This document shows positions 1-11,801 of a stretch of DNA of 38,184 nucleotides, piece after piece. The notes under the pieces were generated by a model, which saw only the letters and a list, made by a program, of their open reading frames with translations, was not told where the DNA came from and did no database searches. Origin of the DNA: a virus (Duplodnaviria; Heunggongvirae; Uroviricota; Caudoviricetes); IMG/VR virus record IMGVR_UViG_2531839529_000007. One strand, 5' to 3'. Made by a program: the position numbers and the translations under genes. Every line of letters starts with the position of its first letter. Position 1 is the stretch's first letter.

Positions 1-1254
1 ATGCTGGAACAAATGGGCATTGCCGCGAAGCAAGCCTCGTATAAATTAGCGCAACTCTCCAGCCGCGAAAAAAATCGCGTGCTGGAAAAAATCGCCGATG
101 AACTGGAAGCACAAAGCGAAATCATCCTCAACGCTAACGCCCAGGATGTTGCTGACGCGCGTGCCAATGGCCTTGGCGAAGCGATGCTTGACCGTCTGGC
201 ACTGACGCCCGCACGGCTGAAAGGCATTGCCGATGATGTGCGCCAGGTGTGTAACCTCGCCGATCCGGTGGGGCAGGTAATCGATGGCAGCGTACTGGAC
301 AGCGGCCTGCGTCTTGAGCGTCGTCGCGTGCCGCTGGGGGTGATTGGCGTGATTTATGAAGCGCGCCCGAACGTGACGGTTGATGTCGCTTCGCTGTGCC
401 TGAAAACCGGTAATGCGGTGATCCTGCGTGGTGGCAAAGAAACCTGTCGCACTAACGCGGCAACGGTGGCGGTGATTCAGGACGCCCTGAAATCCTGTGG
501 CTTACCGGCGGGTGCCGTGCAGGCGATTGATAATCCTGACCGTGCGCTGGTCAGTGAAATGCTGCGTATGGATAAATACATCGACATGCTGATCCCGCGC
601 GGCGGGGCTGGTTTGCATAAACTGTGCCGCGAACAGTCGACAATCCCGGTGATCACAGGTGGTATAGGCGTATGCCATATTTACGTTGATGAAAGCGCAG
701 AGATCGCTGAAGCATTAAAAGTGATCGTCAACGCGAAAACTCAGCGACCGAGCACATGTAATACGGTAGAAACGTTGCTGGTGAATAAAAACATCGCCGA
801 TAGCTTCCTGCCCGCATTAAGCAAACAAATGGCGGAAAGCGGCGTGGCATTACACGCAGATGCAGCTGCGCTGGCGCAGTTGCAGACAGGCCCTGCGAAG
901 GTGGTGGCGGTTAAAGCCGAAGAGTATGACGATGAATTTCTGTCATTAGATTTGAACGTTAAAATCGTCAGCGATCTTGACGATGCCATCGCCCATATTC
1001 GTGAACACGGCACACAACACTCCGATGCGATCCTGACCCGCGATATGCGCAACGCCCAGCGTTTTGTTAACGAAGTGGATTCGTCCGCTGTTTACGTTAA
1101 CGCCTCTACGCGTTTTACCGACGGCGGCCAGTTTGGTCTGGGTGCGGAAGTGGCGGTAAGCACACAAAAACTCCACGCGCGTGGCCCAATGGGGCTGGAA
1201 GCACTGACCACTTACAAGTGGATCGGCATTGGTGATTACACCATTCGTGCGTAA
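1..1254 (+). CDS. proA: Gamma-glutamyl phosphate reductase
   Basis: 417-aa ORF matching my recollection of E. coli ProA along its whole length; followed by thrW as in the enterobacterial proBA-thrW locus. Confidence 0.95.
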   Translation: MLEQMGIAAKQASYKLAQLSSREKNRVLEKIADELEAQSEIILNANAQDVADARANGLGEAMLDRLALTPARLKGIADDVRQVCNLADPVGQVIDGSVLDSGLRLERRRVPLGVIGVIYEARPNVTVDVASLCLKTGNAVILRGGKETCRTNAATVAVIQDALKSCGLPAGAVQAIDNPDRALVSEMLRMDKYIDMLIPRGGAGLHKLCREQSTIPVITGGIGVCHIYVDESAEIAEALKVIVNAKTQRPSTCNTVETLLVNKNIADSFLPALSKQMAESGVALHADAAALAQLQTGPAKVVAVKAEEYDDEFLSLDLNVKIVSDLDDAIAHIREHGTQHSDAILTRDMRNAQRFVNEVDSSAVYVNASTRFTDGGQFGLGAEVAVSTQKLHARGPMGLEALTTYKWIGIGDYTIRA

Positions 1255-1368
1255 ATAAAACCGGGTGATGCAAAAGTAGCCATTTGATTCACAAGGCCAT
1301 TGACGCATCGCCCGGTTAGTTTTAACCTTGTCCACCGTGATTCACGTTCGTGAACATGTCCTTTCAGG

Positions 1369-1444
1369 GCCGATATAGCTCAGTTGGTAGAGCAGCGCAT
1401 TCGTAATGCGAAGGTCGTAGGTTCGACTCCTATTATCGGCACCA
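1369..1444 (+). tRNA. thrW: tRNA-Thr (anticodon CGU)
   Basis: 76-nt sequence GCCGATATAGCTCAGTTGGTAGAGCAGCGCATTCGTAATGCG...GGCACCA with clear cloverleaf elements, CGT anticodon and 3' CCA; a known phage integration target. Confidence 0.95.
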
Positions 1445-1458
1445 TTTAAATCAATAAG

Positions 1459-2622
1459 TTACACATCATTAGTACCTTCCTTATTTTTTGACTGGGACAA
1501 ATTTGGGACCGATGGGTTCAGGATCGAGTCTATTTGCCGTGCGTGTTCGGTAAGGTGATTAGGTGCAAGGTGAGCATATCGACGAACCATTTCGATAGAC
1601 TCCCAGCCTCCCATTTCCTGTAACACTGACAACGGGACTCCGGCTTGAACCAGCCAGCTTGCCCAGGTGTGTCTCAAGTCGTGAAATCTGAAATCATCAA
1701 TACCAGCCCGTCTCAGCGCCGCTTTCCAGGCTGTGTTTGCGTCATACCGCATCTTCCTGACCGTTGGCGCTTTCGTTCCGTCTGGTTTGGTACAGCTTTC
1801 CTTGTACACAAATACCCAACGGTGATGATTCCCGATTTGTTTTTTCAATACGCGACATGCAGTATCATTCAGCGCAACGCCAATTGCGCGGTTTGATTTA
1901 CTCTCTTCCGGGTTTATCCATGCCACCCGGCGCTGCATGTCTATTTGTTGCCATTCAAGGTTGATGATGTTCGAGCGTCTTAAGCCTGTTGCCAGTGCAA
2001 ATTCAACAACAGACTTTAATGGCTCCGGACATTCATCAATCAGCCTTTGTGCTTCATGGGGCTCCAGCCAGCGGATCCGTTTATTCTTTGGTTGAGGCAC
2101 TTTAATAATTGGTGCCTTATCCAGCATTTTCCATTCACGCTCTGCGGCTCTTAGTAGGGCCTTTATAAATGAAAGATGCGTAGCCTTCGTTGCAACGGAC
2201 GCTGGTTTTGGCGTGTATTCTGGAACAGGTTTCCCTTTTTTTCTGCATGCTTCTGCCCTGAGTTTCCAGTTTTCCTCATGACGCCGGTTCGTCATTTTCT
2301 GCATTGCTGAATAAATTTTTGATTCAGTAATGTCTCTTAGTTGCATTCCTGCGAAATGTTGAAGCCAAAATCCGATCCGGCTTTTGTCATCGTCCAGTGA
2401 TTTTTTATGTGCTTTCTCTTCAAGCCACCTGACACACGCTTCCTCGAACGTTATATCAGGTATTTCACCAAGTTTGCTGACCCGCCATGCTTCAGCCTTT
2501 AGCTTGTCATGGAGTTCTGTCGCCTGCCTTTTGTCCTTTGTTCCAAGAGACTGTTTAAATCTTTTACCGTTCGGCAATGTGAAACTGGCGTACCATATTT
2601 CACCTCTGCGGAAGAGTGACAT
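1459..2622 (-). CDS. int: Tyrosine integrase, P22-like
   Basis: 387 aa, very close to my recollection of phage P22 Int (conserved HDLRHTWAS...VRRYAHL C-terminal catalytic region); stop codon 14 nt from the thrW 3' end, typical attL-proximal position. Confidence 0.93.
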   Translation of the reverse strand: MSLFRRGEIWYASFTLPNGKRFKQSLGTKDKRQATELHDKLKAEAWRVSKLGEIPDITFEEACVRWLEEKAHKKSLDDDKSRIGFWLQHFAGMQLRDITESKIYSAMQKMTNRRHEENWKLRAEACRKKGKPVPEYTPKPASVATKATHLSFIKALLRAAEREWKMLDKAPIIKVPQPKNKRIRWLEPHEAQRLIDECPEPLKSVVEFALATGLRRSNIINLEWQQIDMQRRVAWINPEESKSNRAIGVALNDTACRVLKKQIGNHHRWVFVYKESCTKPDGTKAPTVRKMRYDANTAWKAALRRAGIDDFRFHDLRHTWASWLVQAGVPLSVLQEMGGWESIEMVRRYAHLAPNHLTEHARQIDSILNPSVPNLSQSKNKEGTNDV

Positions 2623-2849
2623 TTTCTTTCCTCTGTTATGCCATCACCCGCGCTCACCTGGACAGTATGCAGCGGAGACTGAAGAGCCGCAATGCAGGCT
2701 TGTCGTGTTGTGAGGTAAGGAGATTTATTCTTAGTGGGATCTTTGCGTGTTGCCTGAAGACGCCCTGTGCGTATCCAGTTAATGGCAGTCGGTCTGGATA
2801 TCTTGAGAAAATGACAGGCCTCATCGAGTGTGAGGCTGTATGGCTCCAT
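2499..2849 (-). CDS. xis: Excisionase, P22-like
   Basis: 116 aa from the internal ATG ([21 protein letters not shown]...), matching P22 Xis; 3' end overlaps the int 5' end as in P22 and lambda. The longer 144-aa track ORF is an upstream extension. Confidence 0.85.
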   Translation of the reverse strand: MEPYSLTLDEACHFLKISRPTAINWIRTGRLQATRKDPTKNKSPYLTTRQACIAALQSPLHTVQVSAGDGITEERKCHSSAEVKYGTPVSHCRTVKDLNSLLEQRTKGRRQNSMTS

Positions 2850-3193
2850 TATTTCACCTCTTGCTGTGACATTGTTGAAAAATGGATACCAGCTCGTTGC
2901 TGCCAGACGATCCAACCGAGAGTCATATCCCATGCCATGTATTCGTTATCGCCGTTTTTTGCTCTCCGACGATCGACTGTTTTACCGAAACGCTTTTCCA
3001 TAAATAATTCATAGGCTGCGCGTTCATCTGGCTCAACTTCCAGAGATGCCAGTGCAATCCGTGCCAGTTCTAAATCATTTTCAAGCTCAGCGCGAATCTC
3101 AGCGAATGCACTCTGTGTTAAGGCGAACTCAATGCTCTGCACTTTATTCCGTGCGCGCTCAAGCAGTGCATGGTAGTTAATTTCGGTTGTCAT
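2849..3193 (-). CDS. Hypothetical early-left (ea-region) protein
   Basis: 114-aa ORF translationally coupled to its neighbours (ATGA overlap upstream, 1-nt overlap with the xis start); no recognised domain. Confidence 0.55.
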   Translation of the reverse strand: MTTEINYHALLERARNKVQSIEFALTQSAFAEIRAELENDLELARIALASLEVEPDERAAYELFMEKRFGKTVDRRRAKNGDNEYMAWDMTLGWIVWQQRAGIHFSTMSQQEVK

Positions 3194-4068
3194 ACCCCTA
3201 CCTCTTCGAATTCCAATTCCAATTGATCACCCCAGATTTCACATGACTCTGAACACGAGCCGGTATCGAATCGCCTGGCCTGTACCATCGCCTGATACAA
3301 ATTTCTGTAGTCGCTGTTGGCAGACATTCTGGCAATTCCGTCAAGCGTCAGGTGACCACGGTACATAATGTCTTTACCTGTTCTGCGATGACCATCCCTG
3401 ACGTGTTTGCCTGTAACCAGCTCATTAAAAACTCGCATCAGACCTGGTTCGTCTTTACATGCAAGCCCCAGCTTTTGCGTTGACTTTTTGATGCAGAAAA
3501 CACAGTTCCCGAGATGCTCCGGGATTTGCAAATCAAAAGGTTGTTTTCGCCACCACCGGATAACATCCGACTTATCAAAATCTGACAGCTCGGCAAGATA
3601 CCGGACGCCCGATTTCGGTTTCAGCCTACGGGGTTCGTCTGCACGAATACCCAGCCATGTGATGTAATTACCTCGCCCGAAATGGTTATCGCAGTATTTC
3701 GTGAAAGGGATGAGTTTTAGCCTGTCAGTACAGAACGCGCCGCCGATGTATGGCGTGCCGTACTTTTTAACCATGTCCATAAACGGTTTAAGCACCGGCA
3801 TTCGTGTCTGAATATCCTTTGGCTCCCATTCTGTATAACCATTTGGCTGCCCAAGCTCAGGATTTATATCGACCTGTAACACAGTTAGTGGTATGTCCCA
3901 GAACTTCACAACCTCCCGGATAAAGCGGTATGTCAGCGGATGTTCGCAACCGGTATCCATAAAGATGTAGCAGACGTTATTGCCAGCCTTTCTTTGTTCT
4001 TCCATCAGGTGAACAAGATATGCGGATGTTCTCCCGCCAGAAAAACTAACTACATGAGTTATGCACAT
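3190..4068 (-). CDS. Phosphoadenosine phosphosulfate (PAPS) reductase family protein
   Basis: PP-loop motif VVSFSGGRTSAYL near the N-terminus. Start placed at the internal ATG (MCITHVV...) because the track's longer start at 4185 would overlap the upstream gene by about 126 nt. Confidence 0.75.
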   Translation of the reverse strand: MCITHVVSFSGGRTSAYLVHLMEEQRKAGNNVCYIFMDTGCEHPLTYRFIREVVKFWDIPLTVLQVDINPELGQPNGYTEWEPKDIQTRMPVLKPFMDMVKKYGTPYIGGAFCTDRLKLIPFTKYCDNHFGRGNYITWLGIRADEPRRLKPKSGVRYLAELSDFDKSDVIRWWRKQPFDLQIPEHLGNCVFCIKKSTQKLGLACKDEPGLMRVFNELVTGKHVRDGHRRTGKDIMYRGHLTLDGIARMSANSDYRNLYQAMVQARRFDTGSCSESCEIWGDQLELEFEEVGV

Positions 4069-4595
4069 TTGCGTAATTCCGATAACTCGTTGAAGCGTTC
4101 CATAAACATCCCGTAGGCATGGCCCGGTGCCAGTGGAATAACTTTGAACATCTCTGTTGCCGGGATACCTTCCAGTACAGGCCATAAAGAGCCATCATCA
4201 AGCCCGAGATCACGGCGTTCGGTTGCCAGCATGATGAGATCGGCATATTTCACAGGCGTGCTCATAACCGGGGGCAACTCGTATTTCTCACGGATTACTG
4301 CATCTATTTTTTCTTCCATCCGTTTATAGTCAGGAAGAAGGCGTTTCAGTGGCGCCGGGATGTCCTGGCAATACGCTTCTGTTGCATCATGCATTAACGC
4401 TTCAAAAGCAAATTCCTGCGGTACCAGCTGGCTGCAAAGAACCGCATGTTGGGCGACGCTGTAGAAGTGCGAAAGATGACCGGCAAAGCGACAGATATTT
4501 GAAAGGGAAACCGCGATATCGTTAATATCGATGTCGTCTTTATTTATCCTGTCATAATAAAAATGCTTCCCGGAAAAAGTTTTAATAAATGACAT
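4059..4595 (-). CDS. yfdR: HD-domain phosphohydrolase (YfdR-like)
   Basis: 178 aa from ATG at 4595 preceded by a GGAG SD; HD motif (LMHDATEAY); size and sequence resemble the CPS-53 prophage YfdR family. The track's 4622 start is a GTG extension. Confidence 0.7.
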   Translation of the reverse strand: MSFIKTFSGKHFYYDRINKDDIDINDIAVSLSNICRFAGHLSHFYSVAQHAVLCSQLVPQEFAFEALMHDATEAYCQDIPAPLKRLLPDYKRMEEKIDAVIREKYELPPVMSTPVKYADLIMLATERRDLGLDDGSLWPVLEGIPATEMFKVIPLAPGHAYGMFMERFNELSELRKCA

Positions 4596-4722
4596 TTTGT
4601 TCTCCACGTATATGCGCTGCACCGCGCTGAATTCTGGTAAAAAGAATCCCTAACCATCCGGCGATTATTGAGTAAATTACGTTTCCATAAATGCCCCCGC
4701 AGGGGCATTTGCAGTAATGAAA

Positions 4723-5547
4723 TCAGGCGGTGAAAGTACCAATAAAGGTTTCTACTTTGCTGTCCTTGAATTTCTCAACAAGCAGATCACGAAATTCGTT
4801 AGCCATTTCTTCCTGCACCGCCTCCAGCTGAATAATGCGCAGAACCAGTACCGGACGATCGCCAGTGATAATGCTGAGGCGTAATTTAAACGGACGTTCT
4901 TTCAGACCTTCAAACGGAATGCATTTAAATTCAAATGCCACTGGCATAATGTCTTTGGTCTTCGCTTCGACAGACTCCATCAGGGAGCGTTTGCCGCTGA
5001 AGTCATTATCTTCAAAATCAGCGGTCTGGTTTGCTTCAATCGTGATTTTACGGACCGCCGCAGCCGCTTTTGTTGCCTGAATGGTGTCACCATTAGCATC
5101 AAAGCCCACAAGGTAGTCGGCCCAGTCTTCAATCCATTCTGCCAGTGATTTCTGGGAGTTACGCTCGCCATTAACAGACAACAGAGCAGAGAACGGTGCT
5201 GTCTTTTTCAGTTTGAGAGTGGCGGTGTTATCTGCGTGACCTGGTTCATCAATAGTACCCAGGTTAAGCACACTGACGGCACGCATATTATCAGCATCGA
5301 TAAAGCAGCGGGTGCCTTCATCTGCAAGATCTTTAGAATAACGGGTAAAGTCATCGATGCTGGCAGTGGAAAGCGCACCACGGAAACGGAAGCGATTTAA
5401 ATTAAATTTTTCCAGATCATGAATGCGGAAATTCTCAGGCAATGCCACAGCATCGGCACCAATCTTACTGATAATTTCATTAACACCCTGAGCAGAAATA
5501 AGGGCATGGATTTGATTAATTGCGGTTGCGTCTAAGTTCTGAGACAT
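4723..5547 (-). CDS. yfdQ: DUF2303 / YfdQ family prophage protein
   Basis: 274 aa with a GAGGA SD upstream; length and sequence consistent with the YfdQ family of lambdoid prophages. Confidence 0.75.
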   Translation of the reverse strand: MSQNLDATAINQIHALISAQGVNEIISKIGADAVALPENFRIHDLEKFNLNRFRFRGALSTASIDDFTRYSKDLADEGTRCFIDADNMRAVSVLNLGTIDEPGHADNTATLKLKKTAPFSALLSVNGERNSQKSLAEWIEDWADYLVGFDANGDTIQATKAAAAVRKITIEANQTADFEDNDFSGKRSLMESVEAKTKDIMPVAFEFKCIPFEGLKERPFKLRLSIITGDRPVLVLRIIQLEAVQEEMANEFRDLLVEKFKDSKVETFIGTFTA

Positions 5548-5612
5548 AATAAGTCCTCACTATATAAAGATATTCAGTGATGAGATAAATAATCAGTTAA
5601 TTAAGAACGATA

Positions 5613-5975
5613 TTAATGACCTGCTGCGCGGAGTTTTCCGTCAGGTTCACCGGCAAGAGTCAGTAATTGTCCCTGGTCTTCCTGCAGAATAGTCAGGCGA
5701 CCACCGCGATTGACATACATCGGCGTTTCGGTGGTGTCTTCTTCGGAAATTTTCCCGCGGTTAGTCGGGCGAACATATGAGAGTTTGTGTTTGATTTTCA
5801 CACGGTTCTCATCAAATGGTTCGATTTCCAGGTTGAGTGAGACCTTACCTTTGGTTTTCGTGTTCATCACACCGGAAGCGACTTCACTGAGAACTGCGCC
5901 GATTTTGGTTTCAAATACGCCGCCGTCCAGCTCCCCGATAAATGCCTGCACATCAGTACTGCGTTCGCTAGCCAT
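5613..5975 (-). CDS. Hypothetical prophage protein (YfdP-like)
   Basis: 120 aa from the ATG at 5975, which has an AGGAG SD 7 nt upstream (MASERSTDVQAFIGELDGG...). The track's 226-aa ORF is an unlikely N-terminal extension through GC-rich intergenic DNA. Confidence 0.6.
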   Translation of the reverse strand: MASERSTDVQAFIGELDGGVFETKIGAVLSEVASGVMNTKTKGKVSLNLEIEPFDENRVKIKHKLSYVRPTNRGKISEEDTTETPMYVNRGGRLTILQEDQGQLLTLAGEPDGKLRAAGH

Positions 5976-6023
5976 TTTGCTGCTCCTCATCATATCGACC
6001 CTGCAAGGCCGATTAGTTTCTCC

Positions 6024-6112
6024 ACAAAACAGAGAAGAACACCTGCGGTAGCAGCCGCCCGGATGGATTGGGTTATGAGCCCGTCGTCCGGTGATGCTCT
6101 TCTCTGTTTTGT
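6024..6112. repeat. Perfect 15-bp inverted repeat enclosing a 59-nt GC-rich segment
   Basis: 6024-6038 (ACAAAACAGAGAAGA) is the exact reverse complement of 6098-6112; the enclosed loop has further internal complementarity (GCGG..CCGC, CCGGA..TCCGG). Lies in the divergent intergenic region. Confidence 0.4.
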
Positions 6113-6412
6113 AAAAAGGACGGTACCAGCCGGAAGCAAGGGTACAAACTGGTACCGCCAGGACTACACACAGCATAAAGTTGTGGTGCCGGGTGCCTCC
6201 CGGTGCCTGGCGAAGGTTGCACACCAGACGGGTGGGTATCCACAGAAGGTCGACTGTCAGCCTCAACCTTAACCCGCGTGCGCTGAGCCGCATTCACCAC
6301 AACGCTAAGGATTCTCTTTGGTTGAAAATACTTAGCTGTTATGTGCCTGTCTTTTCACCACTTCAGGCTCGGTGGTATCCTTTTAAGCCCGTATACATAA
6401 AAGGAAAATCAA

Positions 6413-6641
6413 ATGACTTTTGATGAAAAAGAACTTGATAATGCAATTAATAAAATCATCGTAACGTCGCTCTTTTCCTGTCTCAGCGACACTCAGCAGA
6501 AACAGTTCTACGAATCGGCTTTCAACATGATCGAGCGTTGTTGTTTCTGCGATGCCGACGAGTTACCTGAAAAAATCAGGAAACAGTTGGCTGATGCTCT
6601 TCGAGTGCGACTTTCTGACCAATTTTCTGAAATGTGCTCTC
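6413..6641 (+). pseudogene. Hypothetical gene truncated by IS911 insertion
   Basis: ATG at 6413 with an AAGGA SD; reading frame runs straight into the IS911 terminal inverted repeat at 6642 (...SEMCSL then IS sequence). Confidence 0.55.
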
Positions 6642-6671
6642 TGAAGTGGTCAACAAAAACTGGCCACCGAG

Positions 6672-7157
<486 letters not shown>

Positions 7158-7180
7158 CTATTTCCCTGCCTCTCCTCCCC

Positions 7181-7214
7181 GAACCGGACGTGCACCTTTC
7201 AGCGCATCCGGCTC
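7181..7214 (-). ncRNA. Group II intron domain V (catalytic hairpin)
   Basis: Minus strand GAGCCGGATGCGCTGAAAGGTGCACGTCCGGTTC: 34-nt hairpin with AGC triad region, bulge and GAAA tetraloop, followed by a domain VI-like hairpin and the 3' splice site. Confidence 0.8.
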
Positions 7215-7219
7215 TCCAT

Positions 7220-8743
7220 TTAAATGCTGGCGAACGCCATTGCCACTTCTGTAAAGCGCGATGTATACGTGTTTCTGGTCTCCGTCCTCAGATAGGGATT
7301 ACCTTCGGGTAGCCGCCAGCGGAACAGCTTCTTGCCTTGCCCCACCAACCGGTACAGTATTTCGCCGCTGAGCTTGCCGTGATTGGTTTTACCAAATAAA
7401 ACCCACGTTTTGCTCTGACCCGGTTTCGGTGATTTACACCACCACCTCATCAGGGAAGCGATACCTGTACGGTATTTGCGGGCCAGCCAGTGAGCCAGCT
7501 TCCAGAACACGACACGGTCGATATAACTGAAGACTTTGGCCTTAAAATCAACGAACTGATAGAACATGGCCCAGCCTTTCAGTTTTCGGTTGAGTTGTTC
7601 AGCCATATCGACTTTGCTTTCACTGTAGTTGCCTGATAACAGTGCTGTCAGCGATGCGGCGAAGTTTCTGGCTTTCTCCTGCGGGATCGTTGAGACCACT
7701 CGCATCTCGCCATAACGACTGCGTTTGCGAATGATCCTGTGCCCCAGAAAGATAAAGCCGTCATTAACATGGGTGATTTTAGTCTTATCCATGTTCAGCC
7801 TGAGTTTCAGACTGCCTTCGAGCACACCCCGACACTCCTCCCTGATGGCTTCCGCCTGTGCTTTGGTGCCTTTGACGATGAGGACAAAATCATCGGCATA
7901 GCGGCAGTACGCCACCGCGGGTTTCCACTGCCAGTTTTCTCTGACCGCCGTACTTCGGCCCCGTTGGATACTGTTATTCCAGTACCACCGATCTTTTCTG
8001 GCTTTCCCGCTCAGGTAGCGCTCATGCAGGTATTGATCGAACTCATTCAGCATGATGTTCGATAATAGCGGCGATATAACACCGCCCTGTGGCACACCTT
8101 CACTGGCCGCCCGAAAGAGACCGACATCGATATGTCCCGCCTTGATGGTTTTCCACAGCAGAGTCATGAAACGTGCGTCACTGATCCTGCGGCGTACAGC
8201 CTTCATCAGCAGTCGATGATGTACGGTGTCGAAGTAACTGGACAGGTCGCCTTCAATCACCCAGCGTCCCCGGGTTTCACCACAGTCTGTGAGCTGTAAT
8301 TTCACCGTGCGGATAGCGTGGTGGACACTGCGCTCAGGCCGGAAGCCATATGAGAGCGTATGAAAATCACTCTCCCATATCGGCTCCATCGCCATCAGCA
8401 TGGCCCGCTGAACAATACGATCCCGCAACGCGGGGATACCCAGTGGTCGCAGTTTGCCGTTGCTTTTAGGGATGTAAACCCGTCTGGCGGGCAAGGGCTG
8501 GTAGTGGCCTGAGAGTAATTCATCCCTGAGGATTTGCAGCTCAACAGCTAGTCTGGCCTGTAGCATTGTTTTGTTCACGCCATCAACGCCGGGGGTATGG
8601 GCCCCCTTTGATGAAAGCGTGATCCGCGCCGCTTCAGCCAGCCATTCTGGTTGTGTTATCAGACGCAGCAGCCGTTGAATCCGTAGGGACGGATCGGTGA
8701 CTGCCCATGTGGCAAGCTTGCGTTGCATTTCGCTGATTATCAA
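7220..8743 (-). CDS. Group II intron-encoded reverse transcriptase/maturase
   Basis: 507 aa with RT motifs (GVPQGGVISPLLSNIMLNEFD; YADDFVLIV) and a C-terminal maturase-like region; no obvious HNH endonuclease domain. Confidence 0.9.
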   Translation of the reverse strand: MIISEMQRKLATWAVTDPSLRIQRLLRLITQPEWLAEAARITLSSKGAHTPGVDGVNKTMLQARLAVELQILRDELLSGHYQPLPARRVYIPKSNGKLRPLGIPALRDRIVQRAMLMAMEPIWESDFHTLSYGFRPERSVHHAIRTVKLQLTDCGETRGRWVIEGDLSSYFDTVHHRLLMKAVRRRISDARFMTLLWKTIKAGHIDVGLFRAASEGVPQGGVISPLLSNIMLNEFDQYLHERYLSGKARKDRWYWNNSIQRGRSTAVRENWQWKPAVAYCRYADDFVLIVKGTKAQAEAIREECRGVLEGSLKLRLNMDKTKITHVNDGFIFLGHRIIRKRSRYGEMRVVSTIPQEKARNFAASLTALLSGNYSESKVDMAEQLNRKLKGWAMFYQFVDFKAKVFSYIDRVVFWKLAHWLARKYRTGIASLMRWWCKSPKPGQSKTWVLFGKTNHGKLSGEILYRLVGQGKKLFRWRLPEGNPYLRTETRNTYTSRFTEVAMAFASI

Positions 8744-9399
8744 AGGTCTTCACCTCGTTAGGTCAGTTAATTCACGTCGCAAACACATTCAAACTGCTTC
8801 CCTTCGCCATGTAATGGGCTTTCCCCATCGCGGACTACTACGGAAGCTCCGCCAGCCAGCGCGTCATCGGAGCCATGCCCCCTTAACATCCGTCGCTGAC
8901 CTTCCCCGGTTTACCTGCCTGGACTCAGGCATACTGAGGAGGCTGCCCGTCGCACTCTTTATCCTTGCTTGCCGCAAGTTGGCAGAAGTCAGCAACGCAA
9001 GCGTGATAGACGCTGCTGCCCCGGTGTTTCGCATACATGTCAAAACACCTTCGACCGGCAGTGCTTACGTATCACTGCCAGTTCCTCCTGCACGGCCTGT
9101 CAGATCACGTAGGCCGTGGTGACGTTTTCAACCCACAGAGGCGGATTAACGGGTTCATGTTCTTCAGCCTTTCAGTACTTAACCTTGAGGATCATCTCGG
9201 CTTAGTGATCTCGCCTCAATCCCCGTTGTCAGCGGGTTACATCACCCTGCGGGCATGCCGCAGGTCACTGCCGCTCAGGTTCTCCACCGTCACACCCGGT
9301 GGGATTGTTGGGTTTCTCATCGTGAGTTACCGGTTCAATATTCCAGACAGACTCGCGGTTCATTTAAGCATCCATGTCCGCCCTGAACTCCGGGCACAC

Positions 9400-10089
<690 letters not shown>

Positions 10090-10211
10090 TATGGCACCTG
10101 TGTTGTTCTGAGGTGAGCATATCACCTCTGTTCAGGTGGCCAAATTCAGTAAACCACAACAGTTTCCTCAATTTGCACCTGCTGTATCAGCGAGGTGAGA
10201 GATAACTACAA

Positions 10212-10538
10212 ATGCCTCATAACCCAAATACCTGGCTGGAGTTGGTCCAGAGCTGGTGGCGTGGAGACACACCGCTGGGCGCAGTGATTATGTCGATCGT
10301 TATGGCTGGTTTACGTATTGCCTATTTTGGCGGCGGTGGCGGCTGGAAACGAAAAACACTCGAAATTTTGCTCTGTGGCGCTCTGACGCTGACATTTGCA
10401 TCCGCTCTTGAGTATGTCGGATGGCCTAAATCACTTTCTGTTGCCATTGGTGGTGGTGTTGGGCTGATCGGTGTCGATGCTATTCGTGGGGCAGCAATGC
10501 GAGTAATCGGTAACAAATTTGGTAGCTCGAAGGAGTAA
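10212..10538 (+). CDS. Holin (lambda S-like class)
   Basis: 108 aa with hydrophobic segments and a lambda S-like pattern, immediately upstream of the endolysin gene. Only about 50 bp separate it from the IS end, so no room for a late promoter. Confidence 0.7.
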   Translation: MPHNPNTWLELVQSWWRGDTPLGAVIMSIVMAGLRIAYFGGGGGWKRKTLEILLCGALTLTFASALEYVGWPKSLSVAIGGGVGLIGVDAIRGAAMRVIGNKFGSSKE

Positions 10539-10541
10539 TTT

Positions 10542-11018
10542 ATGCAGGCACTAAATTCCCAGCGTAAAGCTTTCCTTGATATGGTGGCATGGTCAGAAGG
10601 AACGGATAACGGGCGACAACCGACACGTAACCACGGTTATGACGTTATTGTTGGTGGTGAACTGTTTACTGATTACTCCGATCACCCTCGCAAACTTGTC
10701 ACGCTAAACCCCAAACTCAAATCAACAGCCGCCGGACGTTATCAGCTTCTTTCACGCTGGTGGGATGCTTACCGTAAGCAGCTTGCTCTGAAAGACTTCT
10801 CTCCGAAAAGCCAGGATGCTGTGGCATTGCAGCAGATTAAGGAGCGTGGCGCTTTACCGATGATTGATCGCGGTGATATTCGTCAGGCAATTGACCGTTG
10901 CAGCAATATCTGGGCTTCACTGCCGGGCGCTGGTTATGGTCAGTTCGAGCATAAGGCTGACAGCCTGATTGCAAAATTCAAAGAAGCAGGCGGAACGGTC
11001 AGAGAGATTGAGGTATGA
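10542..11018 (+). CDS. R: Endolysin (lambda R-type lytic transglycosylase)
   Basis: 158 aa, near-identical over most of its length to my recollection of lambda R ([22 protein letters not shown]...); AAGGAG SD. Confidence 0.92.
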   Translation: MQALNSQRKAFLDMVAWSEGTDNGRQPTRNHGYDVIVGGELFTDYSDHPRKLVTLNPKLKSTAAGRYQLLSRWWDAYRKQLALKDFSPKSQDAVALQQIKERGALPMIDRGDIRQAIDRCSNIWASLPGAGYGQFEHKADSLIAKFKEAGGTVREIEV

Positions 11019-11476
11019 GCAGAGTAACCGCGATTATTTCCGCTCTGGTTATCTGCATCATCGTTTGCTTGTCATGGGCTGTTAATCATTACCGCGATAA
11101 CGCCATTACCTACAAAGCCCAGCGCGACAAAAATGCCAGAGAACTGAAGCTGGCGAACTCGACAATTACTGACATGCAGATGCGTCAGCGTGATGTTGCT
11201 GCGCTCGATGCAAAATACACGAAGGAGTTAGCTGATGCGAAAGCTGAAAATGATGCTCTGCGTGATGATGTTGCCGCTGGTCGTCGTCGGTTGCACATCA
11301 AAGCAGTCTGTCAGTCAGTGCGTGAAGCCACCACCGCCTCCGGCGTGGATAATGCAGCCTCCCCCCGACTGGCAGACACCGCTGAACGGGATTATTTCAC
11401 CCTCAGAGAGAGGCTGATCACTATGCAAAAACAACTGGAAGGAACCCAGAAGTATATTAATGAGCAGTGCAGATAG
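11015..11476 (+). CDS. Rz: Spanin, inner-membrane subunit (Rz)
   Basis: 153 aa with N-terminal TM segment, lambda Rz-like; ATGA overlap with the R stop. Confidence 0.88.
   Translation: MSRVTAIISALVICIIVCLSWAVNHYRDNAITYKAQRDKNARELKLANSTITDMQMRQRDVAALDAKYTKELADAKAENDALRDDVAAGRRRLHIKAVCQSVREATTASGVDNAASPRLADTAERDYFTLRERLITMQKQLEGTQKYINEQCR
11235..11417 (+). CDS. Rz1: Spanin, outer-membrane lipoprotein subunit (Rz1), embedded in Rz
   Basis: 60 aa in the +1 frame inside Rz; lipobox (LVVVGC) and proline-rich body as in lambda Rz1. Confidence 0.85.
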   Translation: MRKLKMMLCVMMLPLVVVGCTSKQSVSQCVKPPPPPAWIMQPPPDWQTPLNGIISPSERG

Positions 11477-11507
11477 CGCTGCCCATATCGATGGGCAACT
11501 CATGCAA

Positions 11508-11801
11508 TTATTGTGAGCAATACACCCGCGCTTCCAGCGGAGTATAAATGCCTAAAGTAATAAAACCGAGCAATCCATTTACGAATGTTTGCTGGGTTTC
11601 TGTTTTAACCACATTTTCTGCGCCGCCACAAATTTTGGCTGCATCAACAGTTTTCTCCTGTCCAATTCCCGAAACGAAGAAATGATGGGTGATGGTTTCC
11701 TTTGGTGTTACTGCTGTCGGTTTGTTTCCAACAGTAAACGTCTGTTGAGCACATCCTGTAATAAGCATTGCCAGAGCGGCAGAAAACAACATTTTTTTCA
11801 T
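11508..11801 (-). CDS. bor: Bor lipoprotein (serum-resistance-associated)
   Basis: 97 aa from MKKMLFSAALAMLITGC..., matching lambda Bor; lipoprotein signal peptide; GGA SD. The track ORF has a 16-aa upstream extension. Confidence 0.88.
   Translation of the reverse strand: MKKMLFSAALAMLITGCAQQTFTVGNKPTAVTPKETITHHFFVSGIGQEKTVDAAKICGGAENVVKTETQQTFVNGLLGFITLGIYTPLEARVYCSQ

Noticed and set aside
741-1335. Minus-strand ORFs of 103 and 129 aa overlapping proA
   Set aside because: They are antisense to a strongly conserved housekeeping gene, have no ribosome-binding sites and show no recognisable features; typical GC-rich antisense artefacts.
6024-6112. Retron msr/msd-like element
   Set aside because: Inverted repeats flanking a structured region recall retrons, but there is no adjacent co-oriented reverse transcriptase; the only RT nearby belongs to the group II intron on the opposite strand, with its own domain V and splice sites.
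5976-6293. Long N-terminal extension of the YfdP-like ORF (track ORF 5613..6293) and the overlapping 69-80 aa ORFs
   Set aside because: A good AGGAG SD precedes the internal ATG at 5975 and the extension runs through GC-rich structured DNA; the overlapping frames on both strands are mutually exclusive and lack signals.
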